Below are positions 10,237-20,204 of a DNA stretch of 64,000 nucleotides, one piece after another. The DNA comes from an uncultured Clostridia bacterium (GTDB taxonomy: Bacteria > Bacillota > Clostridia > UBA1381), in NCBI GenBank assembly GCA_910585795.1, contig CAJUFV010000171.1:8501-72500 (forward strand), in the 5' to 3' direction. Position 1 is the stretch's first letter, and every line of letters begins with the position of its first letter. The notes below the pieces were generated by a model. The model searched no databases. It was not told the origin of the DNA and was given only the letters and a program-made list of their open reading frames with translations. A program made the translations under genes and the position numbers.

Positions 10237-11166
10237 ATATTTTGCTCCCTGATATGTGTCCAGTTTTAGCATAAGCTTATCAATTTCATTTAATACAACA
10301 AATTTTTTCAAGCTCCATTCTGGACCTATAAGCGAATCCCGTCCCCCATCTCCGGTCAAACGCTGGATAACTGTTTCCTCTGGAAACAATTCAAGCTGAC
10401 TGACAATGGTATCAACATAAGCTTCAAGCGTCATAAGCTCAAATTCACCTTTTTCATACATTTCAGCAAGACGGGTATTCTTCAGCACATGCAGTAAATG
10501 CAGCTTCACACAATGCGGATTAAGCGCGGCAACAGCGCGCGCGCTGTCAAGCATCATTTCTTTTGTCTCACCCGGAAGACCGTCTATAAGATGCACGCAA
10601 ATATTTATTCCTAACTTACGCAGCTTTTCATACCCTTCCAGAAAATCCGCGTAAGTATGACAGCGGTTTATAAGCTCTCCCGTTTTATCATAAATAGTCT
10701 GTAACCCCAGCTCAACAATAAGATATGTTCGCTCATTCAGCTCTGATAAGTATTCCATCACATCATCTTCCAGACAATCCGCGCGCGTCGCTATACTAAG
10801 TCCCACAACATTATCCTGCGCCAGCGCACATTCAAAACGTTCACGCAGAACCTCTGCCGGCGCATATGTATTAGTATGCGCCTGAAAATACGGAATATAT
10901 TTTGCGTTACTCCATTTCTTATGCATGCGCTCCCTGACCTCGTTAAACTGTGTCAAAATATTATGGGACGGGTCACCCGCAAAATCACCGCTGCCGCCGG
11001 AGCAGTATATACAGCCGCCCACGCCCTTGCTCCCGTCAATATTCGGACATGTAAAGCCTCCGTTTAAGGCAACCTTAAACACCTTCCCCCCAAACCTTCT
11101 TTGAAGATGATAATTCCATGTATAATAACGTTTATTATCATTTGAGTATTTAAAACTATTTTTCAT
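10222..11166 (-). CDS. Radical SAM protein, TIGR01212 (YhcC-like) family
   Basis: 314 aa with N-terminal YYTWNYHLQRRFGGKVFKVALNGGFTCPNIDGSKGVGGCIYC, which is typical of this family. Confidence 0.85.
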   Translation of the reverse strand: MKNSFKYSNDNKRYYTWNYHLQRRFGGKVFKVALNGGFTCPNIDGSKGVGGCIYCSGGSGDFAGDPSHNILTQFNEVRERMHKKWSNAKYIPYFQAHTNTYAPAEVLRERFECALAQDNVVGLSIATRADCLEDDVMEYLSELNERTYLIVELGLQTIYDKTGELINRCHTYADFLEGYEKLRKLGINICVHLIDGLPGETKEMMLDSARAVAALNPHCVKLHLLHVLKNTRLAEMYEKGEFELMTLEAYVDTIVSQLELFPEETVIQRLTGDGGRDSLIGPEWSLKKFVVLNEIDKLMLKLDTYQGAKYKKNG

Positions 11167-11231
11167 AATAATTAACCGCTCCTCCGCAAAGCAGATGGAG
11201 CGGTTATTCCTCCTATCAGTATAAAAAGGAT

Positions 11232-12350
11232 TTAACTGTTGTAGTTGTTATAAACAATAATATCAGTTGCGGTTCCGTTTACTATTCTTGCAAGCGCATA
11301 GTTATAGCTATAATCACTTGTCAGCTCCGCAGCGCCTGTCTGTGAAAACGCGCTTTTTGGAATTGTTGTTCGTATATCAGCTATAGTACCTATTTCAAGC
11401 TCATATTCCTTTGCGCTGACATCACATGTATATACAATTGTGTCCTTCTGCATATCGACCTCAACACATTTATCCTCGCTGCCTTCCTTATTTATAAGCG
11501 TAAGCGTATTACCGTCCTTTTTGCCTACTATACCAAAAGCATACTGATATTTGTCCGACGAAGCCTTTTCACCGTATTTTCTGAATGTCCATTTACCGGC
11601 AACCTTACTATCCGAAACAAACAGCTTCTCAAAGTTTGTTCCGTAATCTGCCGTGCCCGTAGCAATGTCCGCCTCGGTTGGTCTGAATATAAAATCAACC
11701 GTCTTAATTGTATCTCCTGACGGATTGGCCGCAAGACATATAATATCTCCCTTTTGCAGCGAAGCCACAGTTTGACCCTGCATGTATGAATATTCCTCAG
11801 GCGCTGTTGCAATCGCAAGGTCAGCCTCAATTCCTATTATTTTTTCCTCGCCATGCTGCATCAGCGTTACCGCATACATATCTTCGTTATCATTATTTAC
11901 ACGTGTCTCTATATCCTTTACAAGCGCCGGAGCATAAATAGCGTCAACCTCACGCTCATAAACTGATGGATATTTTGAAGGTGATGAAGGCCCATTTGTC
12001 GGCTTCGGAGTCGCTGACGCGTCCGGTTTATCTGTCACGGACGGCTTACTTGTAGGCTTCGGAGTCGCTGACGCGTCCGGAGCCTCATTCGCTTTAACAT
12101 CCATAAAAGTTTCTGTATCAACAAAGTAAATCTTTTTCTTTGTACTATCATACTGTGACGGCACATTAATATTAAACTCGCCGTCCTCTGCTTTATACAT
12201 ACTGCTGTATACAAGCCTGCCGTTATCATCATAACACATAAGAATGGCTTTTGTATCATCCGCGCTTACAACACTGAACGGCTCCGCAAATGCCGTGCCG
12301 CTCATGACTGCTGAAGCCGCTAATACTAATGCCAAAATCTTTTTTTTCAT
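11232..12350 (-). CDS. Secreted protein of unknown function with duplicated Pro/Thr/Ser-rich linker
   Basis: Signal peptide MKKKILALVLAASAVMSGTAFA. The linker is DASATPKPTSKPSVTDKP-DASATPKPTNGPSSPSK. I recognised no family. Confidence 0.6.
   Translation of the reverse strand: MKKKILALVLAASAVMSGTAFAEPFSVVSADDTKAILMCYDDNGRLVYSSMYKAEDGEFNINVPSQYDSTKKKIYFVDTETFMDVKANEAPDASATPKPTSKPSVTDKPDASATPKPTNGPSSPSKYPSVYEREVDAIYAPALVKDIETRVNNDNEDMYAVTLMQHGEEKIIGIEADLAIATAPEEYSYMQGQTVASLQKGDIICLAANPSGDTIKTVDFIFRPTEADIATGTADYGTNFEKLFVSDSKVAGKWTFRKYGEKASSDKYQYAFGIVGKKDGNTLTLINKEGSEDKCVEVDMQKDTIVYTCDVSAKEYELEIGTIADIRTTIPKSAFSQTGAAELTSDYSYNYALARIVNGTATDIIVYNNYNS
12001..12080. repeat. 26-nt perfect direct repeat (period 54 nt) inside the secreted-protein gene
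   Basis: ggcttcggagtcgctgacgcgtccgg occurs at 12001-12026 and again at 12055-12080. It encodes the duplicated PDASATPKP linker unit on the minus strand. Confidence 0.9.
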
Positions 12351-12371
12351 TTTACATCTTCCCTTTCCAAA

Positions 12372-13517
12372 TTATTTAGAAATATATGAGGTTACAAACT
12401 GCTTCGCGCACCTTGCGCTTCTTCCTCCGTAATTCATCTGCCAGACTACCGCCTGTTTTTCTATATCGCCATTCATTTCTATTCCATACTTCTTCAGCAT
12501 CTCAGAAACAATGTTCAGATATTCTTTCTGCGTAGGCGCGGAAAAGACCAGACTTATCCCGAACCTTTCCGAAAGAGACAGTGTCTCCTGCATATGGTCG
12601 TTTACATGGATTTCTCCGCCCTCTCTGTCAGACCAGTTCTCACGTATAAGGTGCCTGCGATTTGATGTCGCGTATATAAGCACATTTTCAGGATTTGCCT
12701 GAAGCTGTCCTTCCATTGCCACCTTCAGGTCTCTGTATTCCGACTCATGCTTTTCAAAAGTAAGGTCGTCTAAGAAAATTATGTACTTATTCGGACTCTC
12801 CGCCAGCTTCTTTGAAAGCTTCGGAATATCCTTTATGCAGTGCTTAGGCATTTCAATCATACGCAGTCCGTCATCACGAAACATATTCAAAAGCGCTTTT
12901 ACAGATGAAGATTTTCCAGTTCCTCTGTCACCAAAAAGCAACACATTATTTGCCGCTTTTCCGTTTACAAACGCTTTTGTATTATCAATCAGGGTTTGCT
13001 TCTGATATTCAATTCCCACAAGGTCAGCAAATGTAATGGAATCCGTTTCTCCCACTCCCGTAAGCTCACCATCATATTTAAACGCAGTATATTTAGAAAG
13101 TATTCCGTTACCCAAAGTTCTGTAATGCTTTATCAAGCGGTCAAGAAGCTCGCCGGCAGATTTTGAATCTGTTATAGATTTTATGGAATTAACATATCCG
13201 TCATAAAAATCAATTTTATTTCCGGAAGGCGAATACTTAATCTGTATTGAAAACAGCTTTTTATAAACCTGCTCAATATCAAGCAGAGCAAGCTTATACA
13301 AATCATCGCCAATCTGCTTGTCCGACTGAGCCAGACGTGACAGTATATTATCATCATTCGCGAGACGCGTTGCCACATACTCCTTTATTGCACTGCTCGT
13401 AACTCCCTCTGTTTCAGAAAATTCTATGATATTACGCAATACCGCGACATTATCCTTCTCCAGAACTCCCTTTATACAGCAATCTTTTTCTATCTTGTTA
13501 AATATAAGTAAATCCAC
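12372..13517 (-). CDS. DUF815-family AAA-type ATP-binding protein
   Basis: 381 aa with Walker A LLFGDRGTGKSS and Walker B IIFLDDL. The overall layout matches DUF815 proteins. Confidence 0.8.
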   Translation of the reverse strand: MDLLIFNKIEKDCCIKGVLEKDNVAVLRNIIEFSETEGVTSSAIKEYVATRLANDDNILSRLAQSDKQIGDDLYKLALLDIEQVYKKLFSIQIKYSPSGNKIDFYDGYVNSIKSITDSKSAGELLDRLIKHYRTLGNGILSKYTAFKYDGELTGVGETDSITFADLVGIEYQKQTLIDNTKAFVNGKAANNVLLFGDRGTGKSSSVKALLNMFRDDGLRMIEMPKHCIKDIPKLSKKLAESPNKYIIFLDDLTFEKHESEYRDLKVAMEGQLQANPENVLIYATSNRRHLIRENWSDREGGEIHVNDHMQETLSLSERFGISLVFSAPTQKEYLNIVSEMLKKYGIEMNGDIEKQAVVWQMNYGGRSARCAKQFVTSYISK

Positions 13518-13613
13518 CTATGTCACCTTCCACCAATCTATATCACAATTCAGTATAACATAATATTCTTAAAAATGCAACGTTCAAAATTTATTGCAAT
13601 TTTTTTCTAAATT

Positions 13614-14147
13614 TTATCCCAATATTGCTTTTGCCTTAAGAATAGCGATAGCCGTTTTTGCGTCATAGATTTTATTGCCCATTACCATACTATATAATTC
13701 ATCAAGGTCATATTTCCTGACATTTAAAAATTCACCATCGTCAAGCTGCTGTCCTACAAATTCAAGATTTTCCGCAAGATAAATATTCAATTTCTCCTCA
13801 CAATAACCTGGAGTCGCGTAATACTCACCAAGATGTATAAACTCACCGCCTTTATAGCCTGTTTCCTCAATAAGCTCTCGTTTTCCGCACTCCAGCGGGT
13901 CCTCGCCGTACTCCAGCTTACCAGCCGGAATTTCCAGCATCATTGAGCGCGCGGCGATTCTGTACTGCTCAACCATAAAAACCTGACGGTTTTCATCTAC
14001 AGCTATAACACCCACACCGCCTGAATGCGCGATAAGCTCACGGTCTGCCGTTTTGCCGTCCGGCAGCTTAACTATTTCTTTGCGTACCTTTATTACTCTT
14101 CCGTCATAAATACTTTCCGTTGATATTGTTTTTTCCTCAAAATTCAT
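13614..14147 (-). CDS. ADP-ribose pyrophosphatase (NUDIX hydrolase)
   Basis: Nudix box GKLEYGEDPLECGKRELIEETGY. I chose the start at MNFEEK because of RBS AGGAGA. The longer ORF to 14177 would overlap the upstream gene. Confidence 0.85.
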   Translation of the reverse strand: MNFEEKTISTESIYDGRVIKVRKEIVKLPDGKTADRELIAHSGGVGVIAVDENRQVFMVEQYRIAARSMMLEIPAGKLEYGEDPLECGKRELIEETGYKGGEFIHLGEYYATPGYCEEKLNIYLAENLEFVGQQLDDGEFLNVRKYDLDELYSMVMGNKIYDAKTAIAILKAKAILG

Positions 14148-14164
14148 AGCTATTCTCCTATTCT

Positions 14165-15226
14165 CTATTGAAAACACCTGAAAACCTCTACACTATCTGT
14201 ACCATTAAAAGCATAATATCTGCTTTTACGCTCCCACATACCGCAATAAGAATTTGTTATATATCCATAATCATATGTAATTTTGCCATTTTCCCATTCA
14301 CCAGCGCTTATATCAAGTCTTCCATAAGAATTAAAAAACGTATAAATGCCCATTCCGTCATGTTTACCGTTCTCAAACATTCCATTATATGTACTGTAGC
14401 CTCTGTCTGACACCATATTTACATATTCCATCCAAATCCTTCCGTATCCATCGGGTCTCCCATTCTTTAATTCACCTTTATAATAGACACAAGCGCCTTC
14501 TCTCCCTATCAGCTCCGGAAGCGGAGGAGGATATAAATTGTCATCTACCAAACCACCACCACGAACTGAAAATTCATTTTTCCAATAGTCCTGGTCTATA
14601 TATACATCTACTTTTTTTCCGTCCATATCATACGCAATAAAACTACCCATAACTTTTTGGACAATATAACATTCTGTCTCACAATTTCCAACATCAAGCT
14701 CCATTGTAACCACAGCGGCTTTCTCATCCCAAACATATCTTCCGAAACGCTGTAATTCATCAATCATAATAACAGTATTTCCCTCAATATTATAGGAATT
14801 AAGCTCCTCTCCGTCAATATACACCTTTATATCAGTATATAATACATTAAGCTCCTCGTATCTGGGAAGCTTCATTGTATGGTTTGGTCTTTTAAAAGAA
14901 TCACGGTTAAATTGACTATATTCTTTCTCTTCAAACTCATTTTTGTATTCATCAATCAACACAGGCAATTCATCATAATTCCTTGTTATATTAACAACTC
15001 GATTTTCCGCGTCCCATTCCACATCAAAGCCGTATTTGTCTAAATCTGCCGACCTTATATAAGTATAGCCGTTGATATTATAGTTGTCGATTGGCTGATA
15101 AAATATATACGCGCATATATCCGGCCTTACCGCAGTATTTACCACATCTCCTATTTCATATGCACTTACCGCATTACCGAATATCAACAAGCTTACCGCC
15201 GCTATTATTAGTTTTTTTATACTCAT
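14165..15226 (-). CDS. Secreted protein with MORN-like repeats
   Basis: Signal peptide MSIKKLIIAAVSLLIFGNAVSA. The C-terminal half has YxGxxxxGxxxGxG-type repeats (YYKGELKNGRPDGYGRIW, YNGMFENGKHDGMGIYTF, GEWENGKITYDYG). Confidence 0.6.
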   Translation of the reverse strand: MSIKKLIIAAVSLLIFGNAVSAYEIGDVVNTAVRPDICAYIFYQPIDNYNINGYTYIRSADLDKYGFDVEWDAENRVVNITRNYDELPVLIDEYKNEFEEKEYSQFNRDSFKRPNHTMKLPRYEELNVLYTDIKVYIDGEELNSYNIEGNTVIMIDELQRFGRYVWDEKAAVVTMELDVGNCETECYIVQKVMGSFIAYDMDGKKVDVYIDQDYWKNEFSVRGGGLVDDNLYPPPLPELIGREGACVYYKGELKNGRPDGYGRIWMEYVNMVSDRGYSTYNGMFENGKHDGMGIYTFFNSYGRLDISAGEWENGKITYDYGYITNSYCGMWERKSRYYAFNGTDSVEVFRCFQ

Positions 15227-16371
15227 ATCTCCTTTAAAAAACGTTCAATAGCAGGATTTACATTTAGCATATGCTTTAAATTTTCATAATCACGCGCGGA
15301 TTTTTCATTTTTTTTTCCTGTATAAACAGCTCTTATCATAATATTTTTGGGTGTTTCAAGCGGTGAAATATACTCAATCATACTAACCTTATATCCCACG
15401 CCTTCAAGATATGCCGCTCGTATACCGTCCGTAAGCGTATCCGCAAGACGCGCTTTTAAGATGCCATGCTTCGTAATAGCCTCAAACGGCTCATATGAAT
15501 ATTGCTTTAAAATATCCTTATGACAGCATGGCACTGAAACTATGGCGCGGGATTTTAGACGTATTCCAAGTCCCAGAGCCATATCGGTAGCAGTATCGCA
15601 CGCGTGCAGAGACACGACTATATCCGGACGAATTGCGGGTGTATACTCCGTCAAATCCGCCTGTATAAATTTCATATTATTGTATCCAAGATTTTTCGCC
15701 ATACGTTTTGACGCGTCAATAACGACAGGTGAATAATCGACGCAAATAAAATGACACTTCTTTTTAAGTATTTCCCTCATATAAAAATTAAGAACAAAGG
15801 ACAAATAGCTTTTTCCGCAGGCAGCGTCGAGTATAACATACTCGTCACGCTCACCGATTTCTTTCAGAACACCCTGCATCAGTTCCACAAAATAATCAAT
15901 CTGATTATATTTACGGATTTTATCGTTCTTAATTTTCCCGTTCTTTGCCAGTATTCCTATTTCCGTCAGTAAATCCTTCGCCAACGCCGGATTTACCACA
16001 TATTCACGTCCTGTCTGAACAACGCTCGTCTTACTGACCTCCGAGGCAGTATCTTCATGACGCATAGTAACCTTTTTGTCACTGGCGTCAATCACTATTC
16101 TTGCGCCGCGCTCACTGTAAATTATCTGCGCCTCATCATATTTGGGCAGTTCATCCGAAAGTATACTCCATATACCATCTATATTCATCTTACGTTTTAC
16201 CGCCTGATAATCAAGAGTAACATCACCGTCATATAATATCTTTGCCGGAAAAGCTTTCGTTCCTGATTTTAAATTTATAGTTATATCCGTAAAAAAATCT
16301 TTATTTTCATCCATACGGGAAAGCAATCCCGAAAAAAACAAATTTATTTTGGATACTGTTTTCTTGTTCAT
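15223..16371 (-). CDS. Class I SAM-dependent methyltransferase
   Basis: Motif I ILDAACGKSYLSF plus a downstream acidic motif (CVDYS). Its stop overlaps the start of the next gene by 4 nt. Confidence 0.7.
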   Translation of the reverse strand: MNKKTVSKINLFFSGLLSRMDENKDFFTDITINLKSGTKAFPAKILYDGDVTLDYQAVKRKMNIDGIWSILSDELPKYDEAQIIYSERGARIVIDASDKKVTMRHEDTASEVSKTSVVQTGREYVVNPALAKDLLTEIGILAKNGKIKNDKIRKYNQIDYFVELMQGVLKEIGERDEYVILDAACGKSYLSFVLNFYMREILKKKCHFICVDYSPVVIDASKRMAKNLGYNNMKFIQADLTEYTPAIRPDIVVSLHACDTATDMALGLGIRLKSRAIVSVPCCHKDILKQYSYEPFEAITKHGILKARLADTLTDGIRAAYLEGVGYKVSMIEYISPLETPKNIMIRAVYTGKKNEKSARDYENLKHMLNVNPAIERFLKEI

Positions 16372-16393
16372 ATCAATTCCTCATTTATCAAAA

Positions 16394-16415
16394 CGGACTG
16401 TTTTTAAACAGTCCG
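16394..16415 (-). terminator. Terminator after the dCMP deaminase gene
   Basis: Stem cggactgt / acagtccg. On the minus strand it is followed by TTTTGA. It starts 9 nt downstream of the stop. Confidence 0.55.
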
Positions 16416-16423
16416 AAATATTT

Positions 16424-16906
16424 TTATAAATCGATGGTCAGCCTTCTGCCTGTAGGCTGATAGCGGCGATACTTTGCCCCTACCATATCAAACATTCTCT
16501 TTGACGCAATAGTATTAGAAGAATCAGCGTATTTATCAGACATATATACTATTTCACGTATACCGGACTGGATAATAGCCTTGGCGCACTCATTACACGG
16601 AAACAGAGTTACATACAACTTAGCTTCTTCTAATGAGCCGGAGCTTCTGTTTAAAATCGCGTTCAACTCCGCGTGGCAGACGTACATGTATTTTGTATCC
16701 ACAGGGTCAGCCGCTTCACGCTCCCACGGCATAGAGTCATCATTACAGCCTATAGGCATACCGTTGTAGCCGAGAGACAGAATTTTATTTTCATTACTGA
16801 CTATACATGCGCCCACCTGGGTATTGCTGTCCTTCGACCTCTGTGCGCTCAAAAGCGCAATACCCATAAAATATTCGTCCCATGATATGTAGTCATTTCG
16901 TTTCAT
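16424..16906 (-). CDS. comEB: dCMP deaminase (ComEB-type)
   Basis: Cytidine/deoxycytidylate deaminase zinc motifs HAELNAI and PCNECAKAI. The start is at MKRNDYISWDEYFM with RBS AGGAGA. The longer ORF to 16945 overlaps the upstream gene. Confidence 0.85.
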   Translation of the reverse strand: MKRNDYISWDEYFMGIALLSAQRSKDSNTQVGACIVSNENKILSLGYNGMPIGCNDDSMPWEREAADPVDTKYMYVCHAELNAILNRSSGSLEEAKLYVTLFPCNECAKAIIQSGIREIVYMSDKYADSSNTIASKRMFDMVGAKYRRYQPTGRRLTIDL

Positions 16907-16916
16907 TGCTATTCTC

Positions 16917-17867
16917 CTATTCCCAAAATACTGTATCATCTCCACTCATTTCCCAATTAGCTGGGTTTGTAGAGTTTTTGTTAAAATTTATACTTTTATT
17001 ATATGTATCCTGAGGTGTTTTCCATTTGAAAATAAAACTTATTCTTTCATCACTATTTTCTAATATCTCAAAATCATCTATATAACTACTTCGCCATATG
17101 TGATGTTTTACAGTTTCATTTGTTTTGTAATTATATATTGTAAGCACACTCCAATTAGTAGCGTTACCAGCTTCATAATTTACATAATATATATATTCAT
17201 CATCAATGTATGCTCTATGCAACATAGAAAATCTAGTAAGATTTTCTCCGTCCTGTGTATTTTCGTTATTATTAAATGAAAGCTTTGTAATATAGCCATA
17301 TGGTCCATACTTATAAGGATAGCTGTCAACAGTACCGCAAATATCACTGTTCAGTAATTTTACAAAATAAATCGCGTCATCAGTTATACCAATATCGTCT
17401 GAGCCTATTTGATATATGCGTTCAAAGCCTCTTATTTTATCTTTTACTCCAAGATAAGAAATATCACAATACTCTTTATCATATGAATTATATACGCTGG
17501 CTTTAAACTTATAATAAGTCCATACATTTCCGTTTTTGTCAGGCTTTTCAGCAACCGCTTTCACGTCCTTTTGCTCACCTGTCATTGACACCGTTTTACT
17601 GTCGCCGTTCCAGTATATTTTCTGTCCATTAAGCTCTCCCAGCTTCCGCATTGGCAGATACGTTGTACCTTTGTACAATATACTTGACGGCACTGCTTCG
17701 CCGTCATCAAGCTCTATATCCTCGCCCCACTGCATTCTGTCGGCTCCGCTAACATTTATACGTACCTGATTGAACAATAAATCTATATTCTCCGCCACCG
17801 CAGGAAGCGCGGACAATATCGCACCGATTAAAAGACCTGTGATAACACCCTTTATATAATTTTTCAC
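16917..17867 (-). CDS. Secreted protein of unknown function (beta-rich)
   Basis: N-terminal signal/anchor MKNYIKGVITGLLIGAILSALPAVA. The N-terminal domain resembles copper-amine-oxidase-like stalk domains (YKGTTYLPMRKLGELNGQKIYWNG). I could not confirm a family. Confidence 0.5.
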   Translation of the reverse strand: MKNYIKGVITGLLIGAILSALPAVAENIDLLFNQVRINVSGADRMQWGEDIELDDGEAVPSSILYKGTTYLPMRKLGELNGQKIYWNGDSKTVSMTGEQKDVKAVAEKPDKNGNVWTYYKFKASVYNSYDKEYCDISYLGVKDKIRGFERIYQIGSDDIGITDDAIYFVKLLNSDICGTVDSYPYKYGPYGYITKLSFNNNENTQDGENLTRFSMLHRAYIDDEYIYYVNYEAGNATNWSVLTIYNYKTNETVKHHIWRSSYIDDFEILENSDERISFIFKWKTPQDTYNKSINFNKNSTNPANWEMSGDDTVFWE

Positions 17868-17907
17868 GCTTACCTCCCGCGGTCATCGTATATATCATCT
17901 TATAATA

Positions 17908-19080
17908 TTAATGGTGGAAAAGACGTATCCCTGTAAATGCCATTGCAATATTATATTTATTACAGGTTCCTATAACGTTATCATCACGAATTGAACCGCC
18001 CGGCTGCGCAATCACTGTAACACCAGACTTCTTTGCCCTCTCGATATTATCACCGAACGGGAAAAACGCGTCTGAACCAAGCGCAACATCCGTGTTTTTG
18101 TCAAGCCATGCCCTCTGTTCTTCCTTCGTGAATACATCTGGTTTTATCTTAAAGGTTTTTTCCCATACTCCGTCAGCAAGCACATCCATATATTCATCGG
18201 AAATATAGACATCAATCGCGTTATCTCTGTCCGCGCGTTTAATACCATCCACAAATTGCAGCGAAAGCACCTGCGGAGCCTGACGAAGCCACCATATATC
18301 AGCCTTATTTCCCGCAAGACGCGTACAATGTATTCTTGACTGCTGACCGGCTCCAATACCTATTGCCTGTCCGTCCTTAACGTAACAAACACTGTTGGAC
18401 TGTGTATACTTTAGTGTAATCAGCGCAATTTTAAGGTCACGTTTAGCCTCTTCTGACAGGCTTTTATTATCAGTAACAATATTTGATAAAAGCTCATCAT
18501 TAATATCAAGCTCATTTCTGCCCTGTTCAAAGGTTACTCCGAAAACCTGCTTGCATTCAATTTCTGCCGGAATATAGTTTTCATCTATTTTAATAATATT
18601 GTAATTACCGTTTTTCTTCGCCTTTAATATTTCAAGGGCTTCGTCACTATATGCCGGAGCAATTACGCCGTCTGAAACTTCTTTTTTTATCAACAGCGCA
18701 GTTGCTTTGTCACATTCATCAGAAAGAGCAATAAAATCGCCAAATGATGACATTCTGTCCGCTCCTCTTGCTCGGGCATAAGCGTTCGCAAGCGGTGTAA
18801 GCTCCACATCGTCAACAAAATAAATCTTTTTAAGCGTGTCGCTTAAAGGAAGTCCGACTGCCGCTCCGGCAGGTGACACATGCTTAAACGAAGCGGCGGC
18901 GGGAAGTCCCGCTGCTTTTTTCAGCTCCTTTACAAGCTGCCATCCGTTAAGCGCATCAAGCAGATTTATATATCCCGGCTTTCCGCATATTACTTCAAAC
19001 GGCAAGCTGCCGCTTTCCATAAATACTCTCGATGGCTTTTGATTCGGATTACAGCCGTATTTTAATTGCATTTCATTCAT
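17908..19080 (-). CDS. purH: AICAR formyltransferase (PurH, transformylase domain only)
   Basis: The 390-aa protein starts directly with the AICARFT domain (LKYGCNPNQKP..., FKHVSPAGAAVG, GIGAGQQSRIH, ALGSDAFFPF, VIAQPGGSIRD). It lacks the N-terminal MGS-like IMP cyclohydrolase domain. Confidence 0.85.
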   Translation of the reverse strand: MNEMQLKYGCNPNQKPSRVFMESGSLPFEVICGKPGYINLLDALNGWQLVKELKKAAGLPAAASFKHVSPAGAAVGLPLSDTLKKIYFVDDVELTPLANAYARARGADRMSSFGDFIALSDECDKATALLIKKEVSDGVIAPAYSDEALEILKAKKNGNYNIIKIDENYIPAEIECKQVFGVTFEQGRNELDINDELLSNIVTDNKSLSEEAKRDLKIALITLKYTQSNSVCYVKDGQAIGIGAGQQSRIHCTRLAGNKADIWWLRQAPQVLSLQFVDGIKRADRDNAIDVYISDEYMDVLADGVWEKTFKIKPDVFTKEEQRAWLDKNTDVALGSDAFFPFGDNIERAKKSGVTVIAQPGGSIRDDNVIGTCNKYNIAMAFTGIRLFHH

Positions 19081-19101
19081 TTTATATCGTCCCTTTCATT
19101 T

Positions 19102-19485
19102 TTATTGTAAACTTTTATAATATTTAATAACAACATATTCATTATAATCCTCCGGACTTACTTTATTGTAATCACTCGGAAATACAGCAAAATCGTCCCA
19201 ATCTTTAAAAAATGGAGAAATATCAATATTTTTCAATTTTCTATCAGTATTATTCTCCTGAATGTATTGATACACACTTTCATAACCACCATCATATTTA
19301 ATTACGCGTTCACCTATAATATGAAATTCATATACATCTAACAAACAGACCTTTGTTTCTATTTCTGTACTGCTCATAGGAACTTCTATGCTTTTTAATT
19401 TACAATATATTGGAACACGCCACAACAATATAATCGCAATAATAAATACAATTGTAATTATAATAATTTTTAATACCTTTTTCAT
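19102..19485 (-). CDS. Small N-terminally anchored membrane protein, unknown function
   Basis: 127 aa with one TM helix (VLKIIIITIVFIIAIILLW). It is wedged between the IMP cyclohydrolase gene and purH, with 6-nt and 21-nt spacers. Confidence 0.5.
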   Translation of the reverse strand: MKKVLKIIIITIVFIIAIILLWRVPIYCKLKSIEVPMSSTEIETKVCLLDVYEFHIIGERVIKYDGGYESVYQYIQENNTDRKLKNIDISPFFKDWDDFAVFPSDYNKVSPEDYNEYVVIKYYKSLQ

Positions 19486-19490
19486 ATCAC

Positions 19491-20204
19491 TTATATATTC
19501 TTATTTACGATTTTCGATTTCACCTCGCCTGTTTCCAAATCAATAAACCGCACAAAAAGCGACACCTTATTATCCTCATTAAGAGCGCTCCATAGACCGT
19601 CTGTAAACTCGTCAATATCGTTTGGAATACCTACCAGCTTCGGCTCACCCTCAAATGACGGAAGCGGATTACCGTCACCCATATATGTATGTATAAAATG
19701 ACCGTCACCGGCAATCGGAGCTTTATATGAAAATGTGTATCGCTGACACGACTCAGGATTTCCGTTTGCGCTCTTTAATATAGACATCGCATAATTAAAT
19801 CCACCGTCCTCCGCTTTTATAATACCTGAAATTCTCGGTGTATAGTTCGGAGCGTCGTCCTCAAACTCACGTACGCGAAGAGACTGCTCAAATGTCATCT
19901 GCTGGTCCATAAGCTCATAAATAGTATCTGTCTGGTCACCGTTTGTAACTATGGTCTTATTTCCAAGAACACGTACAGGAGCATAAATAATCAAATGAGG
20001 GTCTGACAATTTTGACGGGTCAAACGCCTGTGTGCGTATACCGTCACCATCCTCAACAAACACACGGTTACGGCTGTTTACGCTTCTTCCCATAATGAAA
20101 TAAGCTGTAACAGCACTTTTGCCGTCCTCGCTTTTTCCTATCACAATACCTCTGCCGGGATACGAGTTAGCTTTTAATTCCTCGTAAATATCAATTTTTT
20201 TCAT
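19491..20204 (-). CDS. IMP cyclohydrolase, PurO-like (archaeal-type)
   Basis: 237 aa with N-terminal NSYPGRGIVIGKSEDGKSAVTAYFIMGRSVNSRNRVF, which is characteristic of the PurO-like IMP cyclohydrolase family. It lies adjacent to the AICARFT-only purH. Confidence 0.8.
   Translation of the reverse strand: MKKIDIYEELKANSYPGRGIVIGKSEDGKSAVTAYFIMGRSVNSRNRVFVEDGDGIRTQAFDPSKLSDPHLIIYAPVRVLGNKTIVTNGDQTDTIYELMDQQMTFEQSLRVREFEDDAPNYTPRISGIIKAEDGGFNYAMSILKSANGNPESCQRYTFSYKAPIAGDGHFIHTYMGDGNPLPSFEGEPKLVGIPNDIDEFTDGLWSALNEDNKVSLFVRFIDLETGEVKSKIVNKNI

Noticed and set aside
14139-14165. A 21-nt near-identical junction, gaataggagaatagc[t/a]atgaa on the minus strand. It occurs at the NUDIX start (about 14141-14163) and again at the dCMP deaminase start (about 16901-16923), each time just after a secreted-protein gene.
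   Set aside because: The match is essentially an RBS plus start-codon context. The upstream stop codons fall in different registers and the similarity does not extend outward. It is most likely chance or convergent translation-initiation context, not a repeat element.
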